The notes under the pieces: model-generated
The model's database searches: none
What the model was told of the DNA's origin: nothing
The model's input: the letters and a program-made list of their open reading frames with translations, nothing else
Position numbers and translations under genes: made by a program
DNA from: Octopus sinensis
Lineage: Eukaryota
DNA: 64,000 bases
Direction: 5' to 3'
Assembly: GCF_006345805.1 (NCBI RefSeq)
Contig: NC_043014.1
Coordinates: forward strand, 39,122,001-39,186,000
Part shown: positions 63,754 to 64,000 of the stretch, piece by piece
Position numbering within the stretch: position 1 is the stretch's first letter
Layout: the number at the start of each line of letters is the position of its first letter

Positions 63754-64000
63754 CAATAAATGTATGGAATGGTGATGACTTGAAAGCCCTTCATCATAGA
63801 TCTTTTTAAACTGGGCTGATTTGGGGGTTAGGCAAGGACAATGTAAAGAACCTCAGGGGAAGTTGCAAAATCATCAATTTATGAAATGAACCCAGGAGGT
63901 ATGTGCAGAGATAAGGGGATGATAAGTAAAGGAGAAGGAGTCTTCCTTTGCTTTTGAATTAACCCTTTTAATGGACAGGGAAGGGTTTGCTTTTACACAG

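Overview
AT-rich eukaryotic DNA dominated by repeats. The SINE/MITE repertoire looks like an octopus (coleoid cephalopod) genome; this is an inference from recalled repeat families, with no search run. No prokaryotic genes, rRNA, true tRNA genes or CRISPR arrays were seen. Almost all ORFs in the supplied track are microsatellite or transposon artefacts. Reading by eye recovered one + strand multi-exon gene. Eleven GT-AG exons between 3199 and 44771 join in phase into a stop-free 409-codon partial ORF with neither start nor stop seen. A C-x2-C-x11-H-x3-C zinc finger appears only after splicing across a 1.57-kb intron, and a second, degenerate finger lies further on. The introns hold four recurrent retroposon families labelled here A, B and C (tRNA-like heads) and D ((GAT)n tail). 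They also hold CR1, RTE, HERO and Tx1-like LINE remnants, an 8-bp-TSD MITE family carrying TTAGGG repeats, hAT, mariner, Tc2-like, piggyBac-like and Helitron-like elements, and a solo LTR. The most unusual signals are (i) repeated inverted or templated copies of neighbouring DNA at retroposon 5' junctions, including a perfect 96-bp inverted repeat, (ii) minisatellites born from LINE and SINE segments, and (iii) a hammerhead-ribozyme-like core at about 33.15 kb. Coordinates of degenerate repeats are approximate.
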